From: Eubacteriales bacterium | Lineage (GTDB): Bacteria > Bacillota > Clostridia > Lachnospirales > Lachnospiraceae | Reading direction: 5' to 3' | DNA: 64,000 nucleotides | Assembly (NCBI GenBank): GCA_030537195.1 | Contig: JAUNOK010000002.1 | Location: forward strand, 21,632 to 85,631 | Shown: one piece after another, positions 1 to 10,474 of the stretch | Position numbering within the stretch: the stretch's first letter is position 1 | Layout of the letters: each line of letters opens with the position of its first letter | Program-made: the position numbers and the translations under genes | Notes under the pieces: generated by a model | What the model was told of the DNA's origin: nothing | The model's database searches: none | The model's input: the letters and a program-made list of their open reading frames with translations, nothing else

Positions 1-1
1 A

Positions 2-1306
2 CTTATTTATCTGCTTTTTGGACGTTCTATAGTTACAAGGGCTGTAAAGAAAAGATTTAACTCAATAGAAGAATCCTATAAGAAATCCCTTTCACAGGAC
101 GAAGCTATTCTTAATGAGGTTAAAGATAAGGATATATACATTTATAACCAGTTCCATTATCTTAGTAACCATGAAGGCTATCCTGTATATAAGAATACGG
201 ATATAGAATTTTATTCAATAGGTGAGGAAGGTCTTGAGGCACAGCTTATAGAACTTGAAAAGGCTGAGAAATTCATTTTCATGGAATATCATGCTATTGA
301 AGAAGCTTCAAGCTTTGACAGAATTAAAGATGTTCTTATAAGAAAAGCCGCAGCAGGCGTTGAAGTCCGATTATTCTATGATGATGTCGGAAGTATCTTC
401 TTCCTTAACAAGGATTTCATCAAAGAAATGCGTGCAAATGGCATTGACTGCCGTGTATTCAATCCAATTAAGCTTGCCTTCAACATGTTTATGAATAACC
501 GTGACCACAGAAAGATAACTGTAATTGACGGTAAAGTCGGCTTCACTGGAGGCTACAATCTTGCCGATGAGTACTTTAATATTACCCATCCATACGGCGA
601 GTGGAAAGATACAGGTCTTAAACTCACTGGTGATGCTGTTAAGACTCTTACTATGCTGTTTCTTTCTATGTGGAATTCTATTAAAAAAACTGATGAGCCT
701 CAGGACGATTATGTCAAATATATCAAAGCCTCTGATTACGGCTACAAGGCTGTTAATAACAACCAGTATGTTGTTCCTTACGCTGACAGCCCGCTTAATA
801 ATAACAGGGTTGCTGAAAATGTTTATCTTAATATCATTAAGAGTGCAAAGCATTACCTTTACATTACAACACCATACCTTCTTATCACAGAAGAGATGTC
901 AAGAGAACTTGCAATGGCTGCCATGCGTGGTGTTGATGTAAGAATCGTAACTCCTGGTATTCCAGATAAGAAGCTTACTTACAGCCTTACAAGATCATAT
1001 TATGCAGACCTTGTAAGATATGGTGTAAGAATATACGAATACACACCTGGTTTCATTCATGCAAAGCAGTGGGTTAGCGACGGAGAAGTGTCCATTGTCG
1101 GTACAATCAACATGGATTTCAGAAGCCTTTATCTTCACTTTGAGAATGCAGCATATGTATACGGCAAGGAAACTGCTGCCGATGTACTTAATGATTTCTA
1201 CAACATTTTCAGAAGAAGCGAGGAAGTAACCGCCAAGTACATTAATAAGCCGAGAATCTTAAGAATCGGACAATGTATATTAAGACTGGTTGCACCTTTG
1301 TTCTAA
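2..1306 (+). CDS. cls: Cardiolipin synthase (phospholipase D superfamily), 5'-partial at the window edge
   Basis: The open frame runs from nt 2 (LIYLLFGRS...) and is continuous with track ORF 281..1306. It has two HKD motifs (HRKITVIDGKVGFTGGYN and HAKQWVSDGEVSIVGTINMD). Confidence 0.85.
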   Translation, partial: LIYLLFGRSIVTRAVKKRFNSIEESYKKSLSQDEAILNEVKDKDIYIYNQFHYLSNHEGYPVYKNTDIEFYSIGEEGLEAQLIELEKAEKFIFMEYHAIEEASSFDRIKDVLIRKAAAGVEVRLFYDDVGSIFFLNKDFIKEMRANGIDCRVFNPIKLAFNMFMNNRDHRKITVIDGKVGFTGGYNLADEYFNITHPYGEWKDTGLKLTGDAVKTLTMLFLSMWNSIKKTDEPQDDYVKYIKASDYGYKAVNNNQYVVPYADSPLNNNRVAENVYLNIIKSAKHYLYITTPYLLITEEMSRELAMAAMRGVDVRIVTPGIPDKKLTYSLTRSYYADLVRYGVRIYEYTPGFIHAKQWVSDGEVSIVGTINMDFRSLYLHFENAAYVYGKETAADVLNDFYNIFRRSEEVTAKYINKPRILRIGQCILRLVAPLF

Positions 1307-1316
1307 TTGGTGTATA

Positions 1317-1827
1317 TTCATATTTGTTATTGCGTGTGTGAGATTCAGCTTTTAATTATTTTGTCTGTGTCTGGCATATATGTTTGAACGATTCGTTAGA
1401 ATTGTGTTAATTTATCAGGTGTTATTTTCGGCTCATATGTTTGTGTACATTCGCCAGATGAACACTTTCACCTAGATGTACGCCTGAGACACACTCTCTC
1501 ATGAGTGTTTCGCTTAGTGGGAGTAAATGCTGCTATCTACAAAGTTTATTACGGTGCGGTAAATCAAACGCGCTCCGCTTGAACGTGCTTTCCCGCACCG
1601 CCCTTAAGTATATAGCGGCATTAACTCCCACACAGCTCACAATAAATCGAGAGTGTGTCTCAGACGAACAGCTTCGGAGAAAGTGTACAGCTGTCGAATG
1701 AACATAAACAATCGAAAGAGCCGAAAATAATACCGATAAATTAGCAATTCTTAACGTGTTCAAACACATATGCCAGACACAGATAAAATGACTACAATAA
1801 TGACTCACACACGCAATAACAAATATC
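1317..1827. repeat. ~510-bp imperfect palindrome (arms ~250 bp, ~80% complementary, nested sub-palindromes) filling the cls/Nudix intergenic gap
   Basis: 1321 atttgttattgcgtgtgtgag is the reverse complement of ...ctcacacacgcaataacaaatat at 1803-1825. 1363 gtctgtgtctggcatatatgtttgaacg pairs with 1755 cgtgttcaaacacatatgccagacacagat. 1483 gcctgagacacactctc pairs with 1649 gagagtgtgtctcagacg. The central ggtgcgg...ccgcacc lies at ~1553-1597. Confidence 0.7.
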
Positions 1828-1857
1828 AAGTTAATAAACATTTAACAAGGAGATATA

Positions 1858-2730
1858 ATGAAAGAAGAAACTGTAACCGTGAAAATCGATCACCCCTTAG
1901 GAAGTACTGATGACGATAACCCCTCGGTGGTCTATCCTATTAATTGTGGCTATGTAGACACTGAAAGAACTGTCGGTTTTTCCGAGCTTGATAAACAGAA
2001 GGTTTATCTGTTAGGTGTTGATGTTGCTGTTGACGAATATGTTGGCGAGCTTATTGCTATTGCAAGAAGACGTGATGATTCTGAGACTGTCTGGATAATT
2101 GCTCCTGAGAATATTACTTACACAATCCAGCAGATTGAAGAAATGATATATTTTGAAGAACAGTACTATGACAGCTATGTAGAGATAGTAGACGAAGAAT
2201 TATGGGATGCCTATGATGAGAATGAGCAGCTTCTCGGCTTTGATCTGAAGAGAAGTCAGGCTAAATCATTACCAGAAGGTGTATATCATGTAATTGTCAA
2301 TGTATATACTATGACTAAGGATGGCAAGCTTCTTACTACCGAGCGTTCCCGTAATAAAACTTACCCATTAAAATGGGAAGTTACAGGAGGTTCTATTCTT
2401 AAAGGTGAGACTGCTGCCGGGGGGGCTATCCGCGAGTTATATGAGGAGACTGGCATTAAGATTACAACCGATGACCTTATTCCTCTTTACAGCTATGTAG
2501 ACAAGCCTAAGCATGCCATATATCACAGTTACCTTAATTTAATAAAAGAAGAAGTCCATGTCACCCTTCAGGAAGGAGAGACCATGGACTACATGTATGT
2601 TCCATATAAGGAATTTGATGAACTTGTTAATTCTGACAGATTCGTTCCGTCAGAACAGCGACGCTATAAGAATCAGGCTGTTTTTACGATGCTTTCACGA
2701 TTCATTCCTGATTCAGCAGCTTCTACATAA
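1858..2730 (+). CDS. Fusion protein: N-terminal inorganic-pyrophosphatase-like domain plus C-terminal Nudix hydrolase
   Basis: The N-terminus (KIDHPLGS...YPINCGYV...FEEQYYDS) resembles the small Firmicute PPase family. The C-terminus carries a Nudix box (GGSILKGETAAGGAIRELYEETGI). RBS aaggagat lies upstream. Confidence 0.7.
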   Translation: MKEETVTVKIDHPLGSTDDDNPSVVYPINCGYVDTERTVGFSELDKQKVYLLGVDVAVDEYVGELIAIARRRDDSETVWIIAPENITYTIQQIEEMIYFEEQYYDSYVEIVDEELWDAYDENEQLLGFDLKRSQAKSLPEGVYHVIVNVYTMTKDGKLLTTERSRNKTYPLKWEVTGGSILKGETAAGGAIRELYEETGIKITTDDLIPLYSYVDKPKHAIYHSYLNLIKEEVHVTLQEGETMDYMYVPYKEFDELVNSDRFVPSEQRRYKNQAVFTMLSRFIPDSAAST

Positions 2731-3572
2731 GCAATTCCATATGTTCCCGGACCTACATGAGTTCCAACAGAACACCCAATAGAGCTTACACCAACATTTC
2801 CACTAACGTCTGATATGTAAGTAAGACTCTTATTAATAAATGTTTCTAAAGATTCAGAGCAGTTGATATGACCGAACATGAAATCTCTTGTAAGACTTAA
2901 TCCGTCTTCTGTGAGTTTATCATGCATAAGTTTTTCAGCTGCTTTTTTTCCTCTTGTCTTTCCAATTACAACAACTTTTCCGTCTTCAATACTTACAACT
3001 GGTGTTATATGAAGCATTGTTCCCGCTAATGCAGCAGCACCTGAAAGTCTTCCACCCATTTTAAGATATTTTAGTGAACCGACAACAGCAGTAAGTTTGA
3101 TATATTTTGCCATCTCTGTACATGCTGTAGCGATATCAGCCACATTTTTACCAGCATCTCTTAACTTAACAGCTTCTCTTATAAGAAGGGCAGTTCCAAT
3201 TGAAGCACTTCTTGAATCTACCATATATAATTTCTTTCCTGTTTCATCTTCAACATCAGAAGCAGCAAGACATGCACTCTGATATGTTCCTGACAAATCA
3301 GAAGATATGAATATTCCTAACACATCATCTCCGGCAGCAACAGCTTCATTGAATACTTTCATAAAAGTATCAGGGCTTGGCTGTGAAGTCTTAGGTAATT
3401 CATCACATTCAGCAAGTCTTTTATAGAATTCTTCGTGTGTAATCTCAACTCCATCTAAGAACTCCTCATCCCCAAACCTTACAGATATAGGAACAATCTG
3501 AACTCCCATCTTATTCGCATCTTCTTTAGATATATCACATGTACTATCAGCAATAATTCTTAACATAATCAT
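2673..3572 (-). CDS. DegV family fatty-acid-binding protein
   Basis: The N-terminal motif IIADSTCDISKE is typical of DegV/DAK2 lipid-binding proteins. Its 3' end overlaps the convergent Nudix gene by 58 nt. Confidence 0.85.
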   Translation of the reverse strand: MIMLRIIADSTCDISKEDANKMGVQIVPISVRFGDEEFLDGVEITHEEFYKRLAECDELPKTSQPSPDTFMKVFNEAVAAGDDVLGIFISSDLSGTYQSACLAASDVEDETGKKLYMVDSRSASIGTALLIREAVKLRDAGKNVADIATACTEMAKYIKLTAVVGSLKYLKMGGRLSGAAALAGTMLHITPVVSIEDGKVVVIGKTRGKKAAEKLMHDKLTEDGLSLTRDFMFGHINCSESLETFINKSLTYISDVSGNVGVSSIGCSVGTHVGPGTYGIAYVEAAESGMNRESIVKTA

Positions 3573-3686
3573 TCTCCTTTAAAACGCCTTAATATATTTT
3601 GATATTCAAAGCTTCTTTATGTGAATGGTAACATGATAATAAACAGTTGTCAATAGTAATTTGATTATCAAAGTATTAATCATTTC

Positions 3687-3715
3687 TTGACATAACAATT
3701 CTTAAAGGCTAAAAT
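3687..3715 (+). promoter_or_regulatory. Sigma-70-type promoter for the MATE gene (TTGACA, 17-nt spacer, TAAAAT)
   Basis: ttgacataacaattcttaaaggctaaaat has consensus-like -35 and -10 hexamers about 55 nt upstream of ATG 3772. Confidence 0.45.
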
Positions 3716-3771
3716 CTAACAGCTAGGGGACAGCCCCATCTACGAAATTCAAACAAGAGGTTTCATCAATT

Positions 3772-5109
3772 ATGGCAAAAGATCTTACGCAGGGCAGAAT
3801 CATGCCTATGTTAATTAAATTCACAATTCCGCTTATACTTGGAAATATATTTCAGCTTACATATAATGCAGTTGATTCTATTATTGTCGGAAGATTTGTT
3901 GGAAAGGAAGCACTTGCTGCGGTTGGTATATGTAATCCAATAACAACACTTATTATCCTTTTCCTTAATGGATTATGCATGGGTGCAAGTATTCTTATGG
4001 GTAATTATTTCGGCGGCAAGAAGATGGACACACTTTCCCGCCAGATAAGCACAACAATGATATCAGGTATGATATTCTCTCTGGCACTTACATTGCTGGC
4101 AATAGTATTTACAAGACCAATTCTTATGCTTGTTCAGGTTGACAAATCAATCATGACACTTACAACACAGTACTTAAGAATAATCATGTTAGGACTTGTA
4201 TTTACATTCCTTTATAACTTCTTCTCAAGCACATTAAGAGCATTAGGGGATAGCGCAACGCCGCTGTATTTCCTTATCATAAGTGCTGTTTTAAATGTAT
4301 TCGGAGACCTTTTCTTTGTTGTTGTCTTAAAAGCTGGAAGCAACGGATGTGCAATTGCAACTGTAGTAAGTGAAGCACTTTGCTGTGTATTCTGCATGAT
4401 ATATATTAAGTTCAAAGTACCTATTCTGTGTCTTGGTAAGAAGTGGCTTGTGTTTGACCGCTCACTGCTTAAGAAAACAATAAGCTACGGCTGGGCGTCT
4501 GCCATGCAGCAGGCTACAGTACAGCTTGGTAAAATAGGAATACAGGCTATTATTAATACAATGGGTGTTTCGGTTTCGGCCGCATTTGCAGTAGTAAACA
4601 GAATTGATGACTACGCATATACACCTGAGCAGAACATTGCACACGGAATGACAGCAATGATGGCACAGAACAAAGGTGCCGGAAGAGATGACAGAGTAAT
4701 CAAAGGCTTTAAAGCCGGTATTATTCTTGAAATCATATACGGAATATTCATATTCTTTGTATGTTTCGTATTTGCAAAACCGCTTATGAAGCTGTTCACT
4801 TCAGATACAGAAGTTATAAGACACGGTGTAATCTACCTTAAGCTTATCTCTGTAATGTACATACTTCCAGCTATTACTAATGGTATTCAGGGATATTTCC
4901 GAGGTATAGGTGACTTAAAGATTACCCTTCTTTCAAGCTTTATCAATATGGGAGTCCGCGTGCTTGCCGCAATCCCACTTGTATTTGCATTAGGAATGGG
5001 AATAGAAGCACTTCCTTTCTCTTACCTTGCCGGATGGATTGGCATGCTTATTGCGGAAGTTCCGTTGCTTGTTAAGAATTACAAAGCGTATATTAAAAGC
5101 ATGAGATAA
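3772..5109 (+). CDS. MATE family efflux transporter
   Basis: N-terminus IPLILGNIFQLTYNAVDSIIVGRFVG. 12-TM profile typical of MATE/NorM. Confidence 0.85.
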   Translation: MAKDLTQGRIMPMLIKFTIPLILGNIFQLTYNAVDSIIVGRFVGKEALAAVGICNPITTLIILFLNGLCMGASILMGNYFGGKKMDTLSRQISTTMISGMIFSLALTLLAIVFTRPILMLVQVDKSIMTLTTQYLRIIMLGLVFTFLYNFFSSTLRALGDSATPLYFLIISAVLNVFGDLFFVVVLKAGSNGCAIATVVSEALCCVFCMIYIKFKVPILCLGKKWLVFDRSLLKKTISYGWASAMQQATVQLGKIGIQAIINTMGVSVSAAFAVVNRIDDYAYTPEQNIAHGMTAMMAQNKGAGRDDRVIKGFKAGIILEIIYGIFIFFVCFVFAKPLMKLFTSDTEVIRHGVIYLKLISVMYILPAITNGIQGYFRGIGDLKITLLSSFINMGVRVLAAIPLVFALGMGIEALPFSYLAGWIGMLIAEVPLLVKNYKAYIKSMR

Positions 5110-5138
5110 TAAGAACAGAATTCCTAATCTGCGTTAAA

Positions 5139-5178
5139 TAATCCCCTCACAAAGCATCAACCTTGTGAGGGGATTATT
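5139..5178. terminator. Bidirectional hairpin terminator between convergent MATE and anti-sigma genes
   Basis: atcccctcacaa-agcatcaacc-ttgtgaggggat followed by ttattatt. Confidence 0.5.
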
Positions 5179-5179
5179 A

Positions 5180-6175
5180 TTATCTCATCTTCTGAACATT
5201 TTTCTTTCTCATTAACAACACACCAATACCTATAAGTACCAAACCTATTGCACAGCCAGACACTAAAGTAATGAAAAATATATTTCCATTAATACAAATA
5301 TTGGTCCTCCAGTCAGACAGGTTCATATGGCTTAATGTAAGCACATTATTTTTATAAATAATAAACTCAAGAAAATCATTAGCAAAAACAAACCATAGCA
5401 CTGATATTATTGTACTAATTCCAGCTCTTATCAGTCCATGGACAGGAAGATATCTGATTACAAGAAATACAAGCCATACACCAAGCAAAAGTACGGCTGC
5501 AACTGTATATCCGTCCTTCATGCCTACGAAACCTGAATGATAATACACTATAAACATAGTAAGGAACAGCCACAAAGTATCCCATGTCATTGTTATAAGT
5601 GCTTTCTTGTCACTAAGTACCGGTGGAAGTGATACAAGACATATCACAATTGGAAAGAGTACTATTGATATTCCGAATACTGTAGGTATAGCCCATAACA
5701 GGAAGTTGCCTCCACCATTCATCTGGTCAACGAAAAACAATATAAGCATAAGTGAAACAACTCCGGCAAGAATACATTTTAACAGACGGTTATTAGTGGA
5801 CATAAGCGGAACTACCGTAAGTGCTGCAACAAGCATCATAGAGGCAGTAACAACCGAAAATACGCCTAATCCCATGCCTGTAGCAAGCTGTACTATAAAT
5901 GTAATGACAATCGGAAGCAGAAGTATTGCCGCAATCACAACTCCAGCCTTGTATGCTGCATTACGCTCTTTTTTTGCATGTCTTTCAAGTACACCCTTTG
6001 ATTCTTTTGCAAGTACCTCATCGACGTTGTTTTCTTTTAATTCGTCATATATTTTCTGACAGTCACTGCAGCCTGCCAGATGCTTCTCAACAAATCTGCG
6101 GCTTTCTTCGCTGCATGCATTGTCATAATAAAGGGGCAGTAAATCCTGCACGATATTACATTCTTTATTACTCAT
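5180..6175 (-). CDS. Anti-sigma factor with N-terminal zinc-finger (zf-HC2-like) and polytopic membrane domain
   Basis: CSEESRRFVEKHLAGCSDCQ motif at the N-terminus, then about 8 predicted TM helices. Immediately downstream of the ECF sigma gene. Confidence 0.7.
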   Translation of the reverse strand: MSNKECNIVQDLLPLYYDNACSEESRRFVEKHLAGCSDCQKIYDELKENNVDEVLAKESKGVLERHAKKERNAAYKAGVVIAAILLLPIVITFIVQLATGMGLGVFSVVTASMMLVAALTVVPLMSTNNRLLKCILAGVVSLMLILFFVDQMNGGGNFLLWAIPTVFGISIVLFPIVICLVSLPPVLSDKKALITMTWDTLWLFLTMFIVYYHSGFVGMKDGYTVAAVLLLGVWLVFLVIRYLPVHGLIRAGISTIISVLWFVFANDFLEFIIYKNNVLTLSHMNLSDWRTNICINGNIFFITLVSGCAIGLVLIGIGVLLMRKKNVQKMR

Positions 6176-6177
6176 AT

Positions 6178-6633
6178 CTAATTAATCCTTTCTTTTATTT
6201 TCAGTCTGGCCCTATGATAAGTTACTCTGGCCCAGTTCTCAGTTTTTCCAAATACCATTCCAATCTGTGCAAATGTGAGTTCTCCGAAAACTCTTAACTG
6301 AAATACTTCCTTATACGGCTCTGGAAGTTCATGAAGAACCATATGAATCCGCAAAGCAGAATCCGTATCCGATACTTTATCCACCAGATCAGCCGTCTGC
6401 TGTGGCAATGTCTCGTCAAGTTCAGAAAATTTCTTATTCTTCCGGCACTCATCAATTGCCAGATTCTTTGCTATACTGCACAGCCATGTGAGCTCACCCG
6501 CCTTGCCTTCGTATTGTCTCTTGGCGGTCATGGCTTTGTAAAAAGTATTCTGCGTGATTTCCTCAGCGAGAGACTGATTCTTTACTATCGTAAACACATA
6601 AGAATACACCTGCATATAATAGGAATTGTACAA
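6178..6633 (-). CDS. ECF (sigma-24 type) RNA polymerase sigma factor
   Basis: Region 2 (LAEEITQNTFYKA) and region 4 (ELTFAQIGMVFGKTENWARVTYHRA) are present. The 5' end lacks an ATG; the start is probably TTG or CTG a few codons after RBS ggaggtg. Confidence 0.8.
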   Translation of the reverse strand: MYNSYYMQVYSYVFTIVKNQSLAEEITQNTFYKAMTAKRQYEGKAGELTWLCSIAKNLAIDECRKNKKFSELDETLPQQTADLVDKVSDTDSALRIHMVLHELPEPYKEVFQLRVFGELTFAQIGMVFGKTENWARVTYHRARLKIKERIN

Positions 6634-6826
6634 TTTCTCATAATTCAGAACTGGTCACCTCCTTCCGTCTTACATAGGTTAGACGTATGAAATGGATTTT
6701 CGTTACAACATTTTTCAAAATATTTTATAGAAATTTTTAAAATGTGTCAAAAAATGTATGCCAAAGGTACATGCAGATGTGTTATTATACATATTGAATT
6801 TGATTCAGGAGAATTTAGACAGATTA

Positions 6827-8091
6827 TGATTAGAAAAGAACAGATGCGTCTATACGCAATCACAGATACAAGCTGGCTTAATGGTGCCAGTCTCACGGAT
6901 GTTGTTGAAAATGTATTAAAAAACGGAGCTACATTTTTACAATTAAGAGAAAAGAATGCTACACATGAAGAAATTGTTGCCAAAGCAAAGGCAATTAAAC
7001 CAATTGCGCAAAAATATGGAGTTCCATTCGTTATTGATGATGATGTGCAGGCTGCGCTTGAAGCAGATGCAGACGGAGTACATATCGGACAAAGCGACAC
7101 TGACTATATGACTGCAAGAGGTATTCTTGGAGATAATAAAATTATTGGCATGACTGCCAAGACAGTAGAACAGGCGAAAGAAGCTGAAAGACTAGGTGCA
7201 GACTATATCGGCACCGGCGCTGTATTTGGCTCAAGCACCAAGAAGGATGCTGTATACATGCCGCGTGAACGACTAATTGAAGTTGCCGGTTCGGTTAATA
7301 TACCTGTCGTTGCAATCGGCGGCATTGATTACGATAACTGTGGTGAGCTTGCAGGTACTGGTGTTGACGGAATTGCCGTTGTTTCAGCTATATTTGCTGC
7401 AGATAATCCGGGACTTGCAACGAAAGAGCTTTACTTAAAGACAGGCAGTGTATTAAACTATCACAGAGATTTCATATTTGACATGGATGGTACTATTCTT
7501 GATTCCATGCCTTACTGGAGAAATGTTTCCAAAGAATATGCAATGCAGTATGTAGATAAGCTGCCTGATGATTTTGATGAGCGTACTTATGTAATGGATC
7601 TTGATGAATGTTCTGCTTATTTCCGTGATGAATTAGGCATAAGTACTGACGCAGCAACTATGCGACAGACTGCCGTGGATATTATGACAAAACACTACAG
7701 CAATGATATTCCGGCTAAAGACGGCATGCTTGAATTAATCAGACGTGAGCATGAAGCAGGTTCTCATATGTGTATATTTACAAGTTCTGACAGAGGCTGT
7801 GTTGATGCGGCACTTAACCGCCTTGGAATAGCTGACTGTTTTAACAACATTTTTACAGTATATGACATTCCATATAACAAGAAGAATCCAGAAAGCTACA
7901 AGCTTATCGCTGAAAAAATGCATTTTAAACCGGAAGATACATGGGTATATGAAGATGTTCTTCACGGCATAGAATCAGCCAAGCAGGGCGGATTCAAAAT
8001 ATGTGCCGTATATGATGAAGATTCCAAGAAGCATTGGCATGAAATCTGCGCGCTTGCAGATGAAATCAGGGATATAAGAAATAAGGAGTAA
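6827..8091 (+). CDS. thiE: Thiamine-phosphate synthase (ThiE) fused to a C-terminal HAD-superfamily hydrolase domain
   Basis: ThiE motifs: LYAITD, LQLREK, VHIGQSD, VVAIGGI. HAD motif I: [12 protein letters not shown]. The track ORF starts at 6742 but the likely start is the Met at 6827. Confidence 0.75.
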
Positions 8092-8093
8092 TA

Positions 8094-9161
8094 ATGAAGA
8101 AGAAAGTTGTTGTCGGTATGTCAGGGGGTGTTGATTCCTCTGTTGCCGCTTATCTATTAAAGGAACAGGGCTATGATGTAATCGGTGTGACTATGCAGAT
8201 ATGGCAGGACGATGCAACAGAAGCTGCTGAGAATGGCTGCTGCGGTATCAGTGCTGTTGATGACGCAAGGCGTGTTGCCGGTCAGCTTGACATTCCATAT
8301 TATGTAATGAATTTCAAGAATGAGTTCAAATGTAATGTAATTGACTACTTTGTTGACGAATATAAAAAGGGGCGTACACCTAATCCATGTATCGCCTGCA
8401 ACCGCTATGTAAAGTGGGAGTCACTTCTTAAGAGAAGCCTTGAAATAGGTGCTGATTACATTGCAACAGGACACTATGCAAGAATTCACCAGCTTCCTAA
8501 TGGAAGATATACTATATGTAATTCAGTAACTGCCAAGAAGGACCAGACTTACGCTCTCTATAATCTTACACAGGATCAGTTATCACACACACTTCTTCCT
8601 ATTGGTGATTATACTAAGGATCAGGTGCGTGAGATTGCCTCTAAGATTGGTATTACTGTTGCCAGGAAGCCGGACAGCATGGAAATATGCTTTATTCCTG
8701 ATAATGACTATGCAGGCTTTATAACCCGTGAAACAGGCTATACTTCTGTTCCCGGTAACTTTGTTGATGTCAACGGCAATGTAATTGGAAAGCATCAGGG
8801 CATTATCCACTACACAGTTGGTCAGAGAAAAGGTCTTGGACTTGCTCTTGGAAAGCCAGCATTTGTTGTTGCTATACGACCTGAAACCAATGAAGTTGTA
8901 ATTGGTGATAATTCAGATGTATTCTCACCTAAGCTTTATGCTAACAATCTTAATTTCATGTCTATACCTTCTCTTGAAGGTGAAATGCGTGCTAAAGGCA
9001 AAATCCGTTACAGCCATGAGGGTGCTATGTGTACTATAAGAATGTTCGATGAGAATACTCTTGAATGTACATTTGACGAGCCTGTTCGTGCCATAACACC
9101 GGGTCAGGCGCTTGTATTATATGACGGGGACAATGTTCTTGGCGGCGGAACTATTATTTAA
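8094..9161 (+). CDS. mnmA: tRNA 2-thiouridine(34) synthase MnmA
   Basis: PP-loop ([15 protein letters not shown]) and conserved C-terminal domain. Confidence 0.9.
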   Translation: MKKKVVVGMSGGVDSSVAAYLLKEQGYDVIGVTMQIWQDDATEAAENGCCGISAVDDARRVAGQLDIPYYVMNFKNEFKCNVIDYFVDEYKKGRTPNPCIACNRYVKWESLLKRSLEIGADYIATGHYARIHQLPNGRYTICNSVTAKKDQTYALYNLTQDQLSHTLLPIGDYTKDQVREIASKIGITVARKPDSMEICFIPDNDYAGFITRETGYTSVPGNFVDVNGNVIGKHQGIIHYTVGQRKGLGLALGKPAFVVAIRPETNEVVIGDNSDVFSPKLYANNLNFMSIPSLEGEMRAKGKIRYSHEGAMCTIRMFDENTLECTFDEPVRAITPGQALVLYDGDNVLGGGTII

Positions 9162-9191
9162 TTATATTATTTAATTAATAAGGACAATATT

Positions 9192-10346
9192 ATGGAAAAA
9201 CTTATATATATGGACAATGCAGCAACTACATCAACCTCACCAGAGGTTGTGTCTGCAATGCTTCCATTTTTTACTGAATATTATGGCAATCCTTCTTCTG
9301 TATATAATTTTGCACAGAAAAGCAAGATGGCTATTGAAGACGCAAGAGAAATTATAGCTGACAGTATTGGTGCTGCGAAAAGCAACGAAATATATTTTAC
9401 AGGTGGTGGAAGCGAGTCTGATAACTGGGCTTTAAAGTCTGCTGCATTCGGACTTAGAGATAAAGGAAACCATATAATAACAACTAAAATAGAACATCAT
9501 GCGATTCTTAATACATGTGCATATCTTGAAAAGCATGGATTTGAGGTAACTTACCTTGATGTTGACAGCGACGGCTTCGTCTCTTTAGAAGATGTCGAGA
9601 ATGCCATCACTGACAAAACAATCCTTATAAGTGTTATGTTTGCCAACAATGAAATCGGAACTATTGAACCTGTCCGTGAAATAGGCGAGATTGCACATAA
9701 GCATGGTATTCTTTTCCACACTGACGCTGTTCAGGCTATGTGCCATGTTCCAATCAATGTCACAGAGATGAACATTGACCTGTTAAGCGCAAGCGCACAT
9801 AAGTTTCACGGTCCTAAAGGTGTGGGCTTTATGTATATGAAGAATTCCGCCAAGTTAGAACCTTTCATCCATGGTGGGGCACAGGAGCGTGCAAGACGCG
9901 CCGGCACAAGCAATGTTCCTGGCATCGTCGGCATGGGACAGGCTGTAAAGCTTGCTTTAAGCACTCTTGATAAAGAGACACAGACAATTATTGATATGCG
10001 TAATTATATAGTTATCAGGATTCTTGGTGAGATTCCTGATGTAACTTTTGATGGTCCGGGAATTGACAGTCTCAATCGTCTGCCGTCTAATATGCATTTC
10101 TGCTTTAAAGATGTTTCCGGCGATTCTTTACTTATAATGCTTGATATGAATGGCATATGTGCATCAAGTGGTTCAGCATGCGCTGCAGGCTCAATTGACC
10201 CTTCACATGTACTTCTTGCCATAGGACGAAGCAGTGATGAAGCTAAAGGTGCTTTAAGATTAAGCATAGATAAGGATTTAACCAAGGAAGACGCTGACTA
10301 TGCAGTAGATTCACTGAAGTCCGCTGTTGCAAGGCTGCGTGGGTAA
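9192..10346 (+). CDS. nifS: Cysteine desulfurase (NifS/IscS class V aminotransferase)
   Basis: PLP-lysine region SASAHKFHGPKGVGFMY and catalytic Cys loop SSGSACAAGS. Paired with mnmA. Confidence 0.85.
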   Translation: MEKLIYMDNAATTSTSPEVVSAMLPFFTEYYGNPSSVYNFAQKSKMAIEDAREIIADSIGAAKSNEIYFTGGGSESDNWALKSAAFGLRDKGNHIITTKIEHHAILNTCAYLEKHGFEVTYLDVDSDGFVSLEDVENAITDKTILISVMFANNEIGTIEPVREIGEIAHKHGILFHTDAVQAMCHVPINVTEMNIDLLSASAHKFHGPKGVGFMYMKNSAKLEPFIHGGAQERARRAGTSNVPGIVGMGQAVKLALSTLDKETQTIIDMRNYIVIRILGEIPDVTFDGPGIDSLNRLPSNMHFCFKDVSGDSLLIMLDMNGICASSGSACAAGSIDPSHVLLAIGRSSDEAKGALRLSIDKDLTKEDADYAVDSLKSAVARLRG

Positions 10347-10474
10347 AATTTTCAAATTATTTTTAAAAAATCACACAAACCTATTGACATAGTAGGAATA
10401 AAGGTTTATATTATCATCAACATCAAGAAAGCAATACATTTTTTGAAATAAATTAAGAAGGATGGTAATTAACT

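Noticed and set aside
371-941. ORFs 371..853(-) and 525..941(+) inside cls
   Set aside because: They are antisense or out-of-frame to a well-supported cardiolipin synthase CDS, and their products are low complexity.
1501-1841. Track ORFs 1501..1701(+) and 1533..1841(-)
   Set aside because: They lie inside the giant palindrome. The mirror symmetry creates reciprocal open frames. They have no RBS and low-complexity products.
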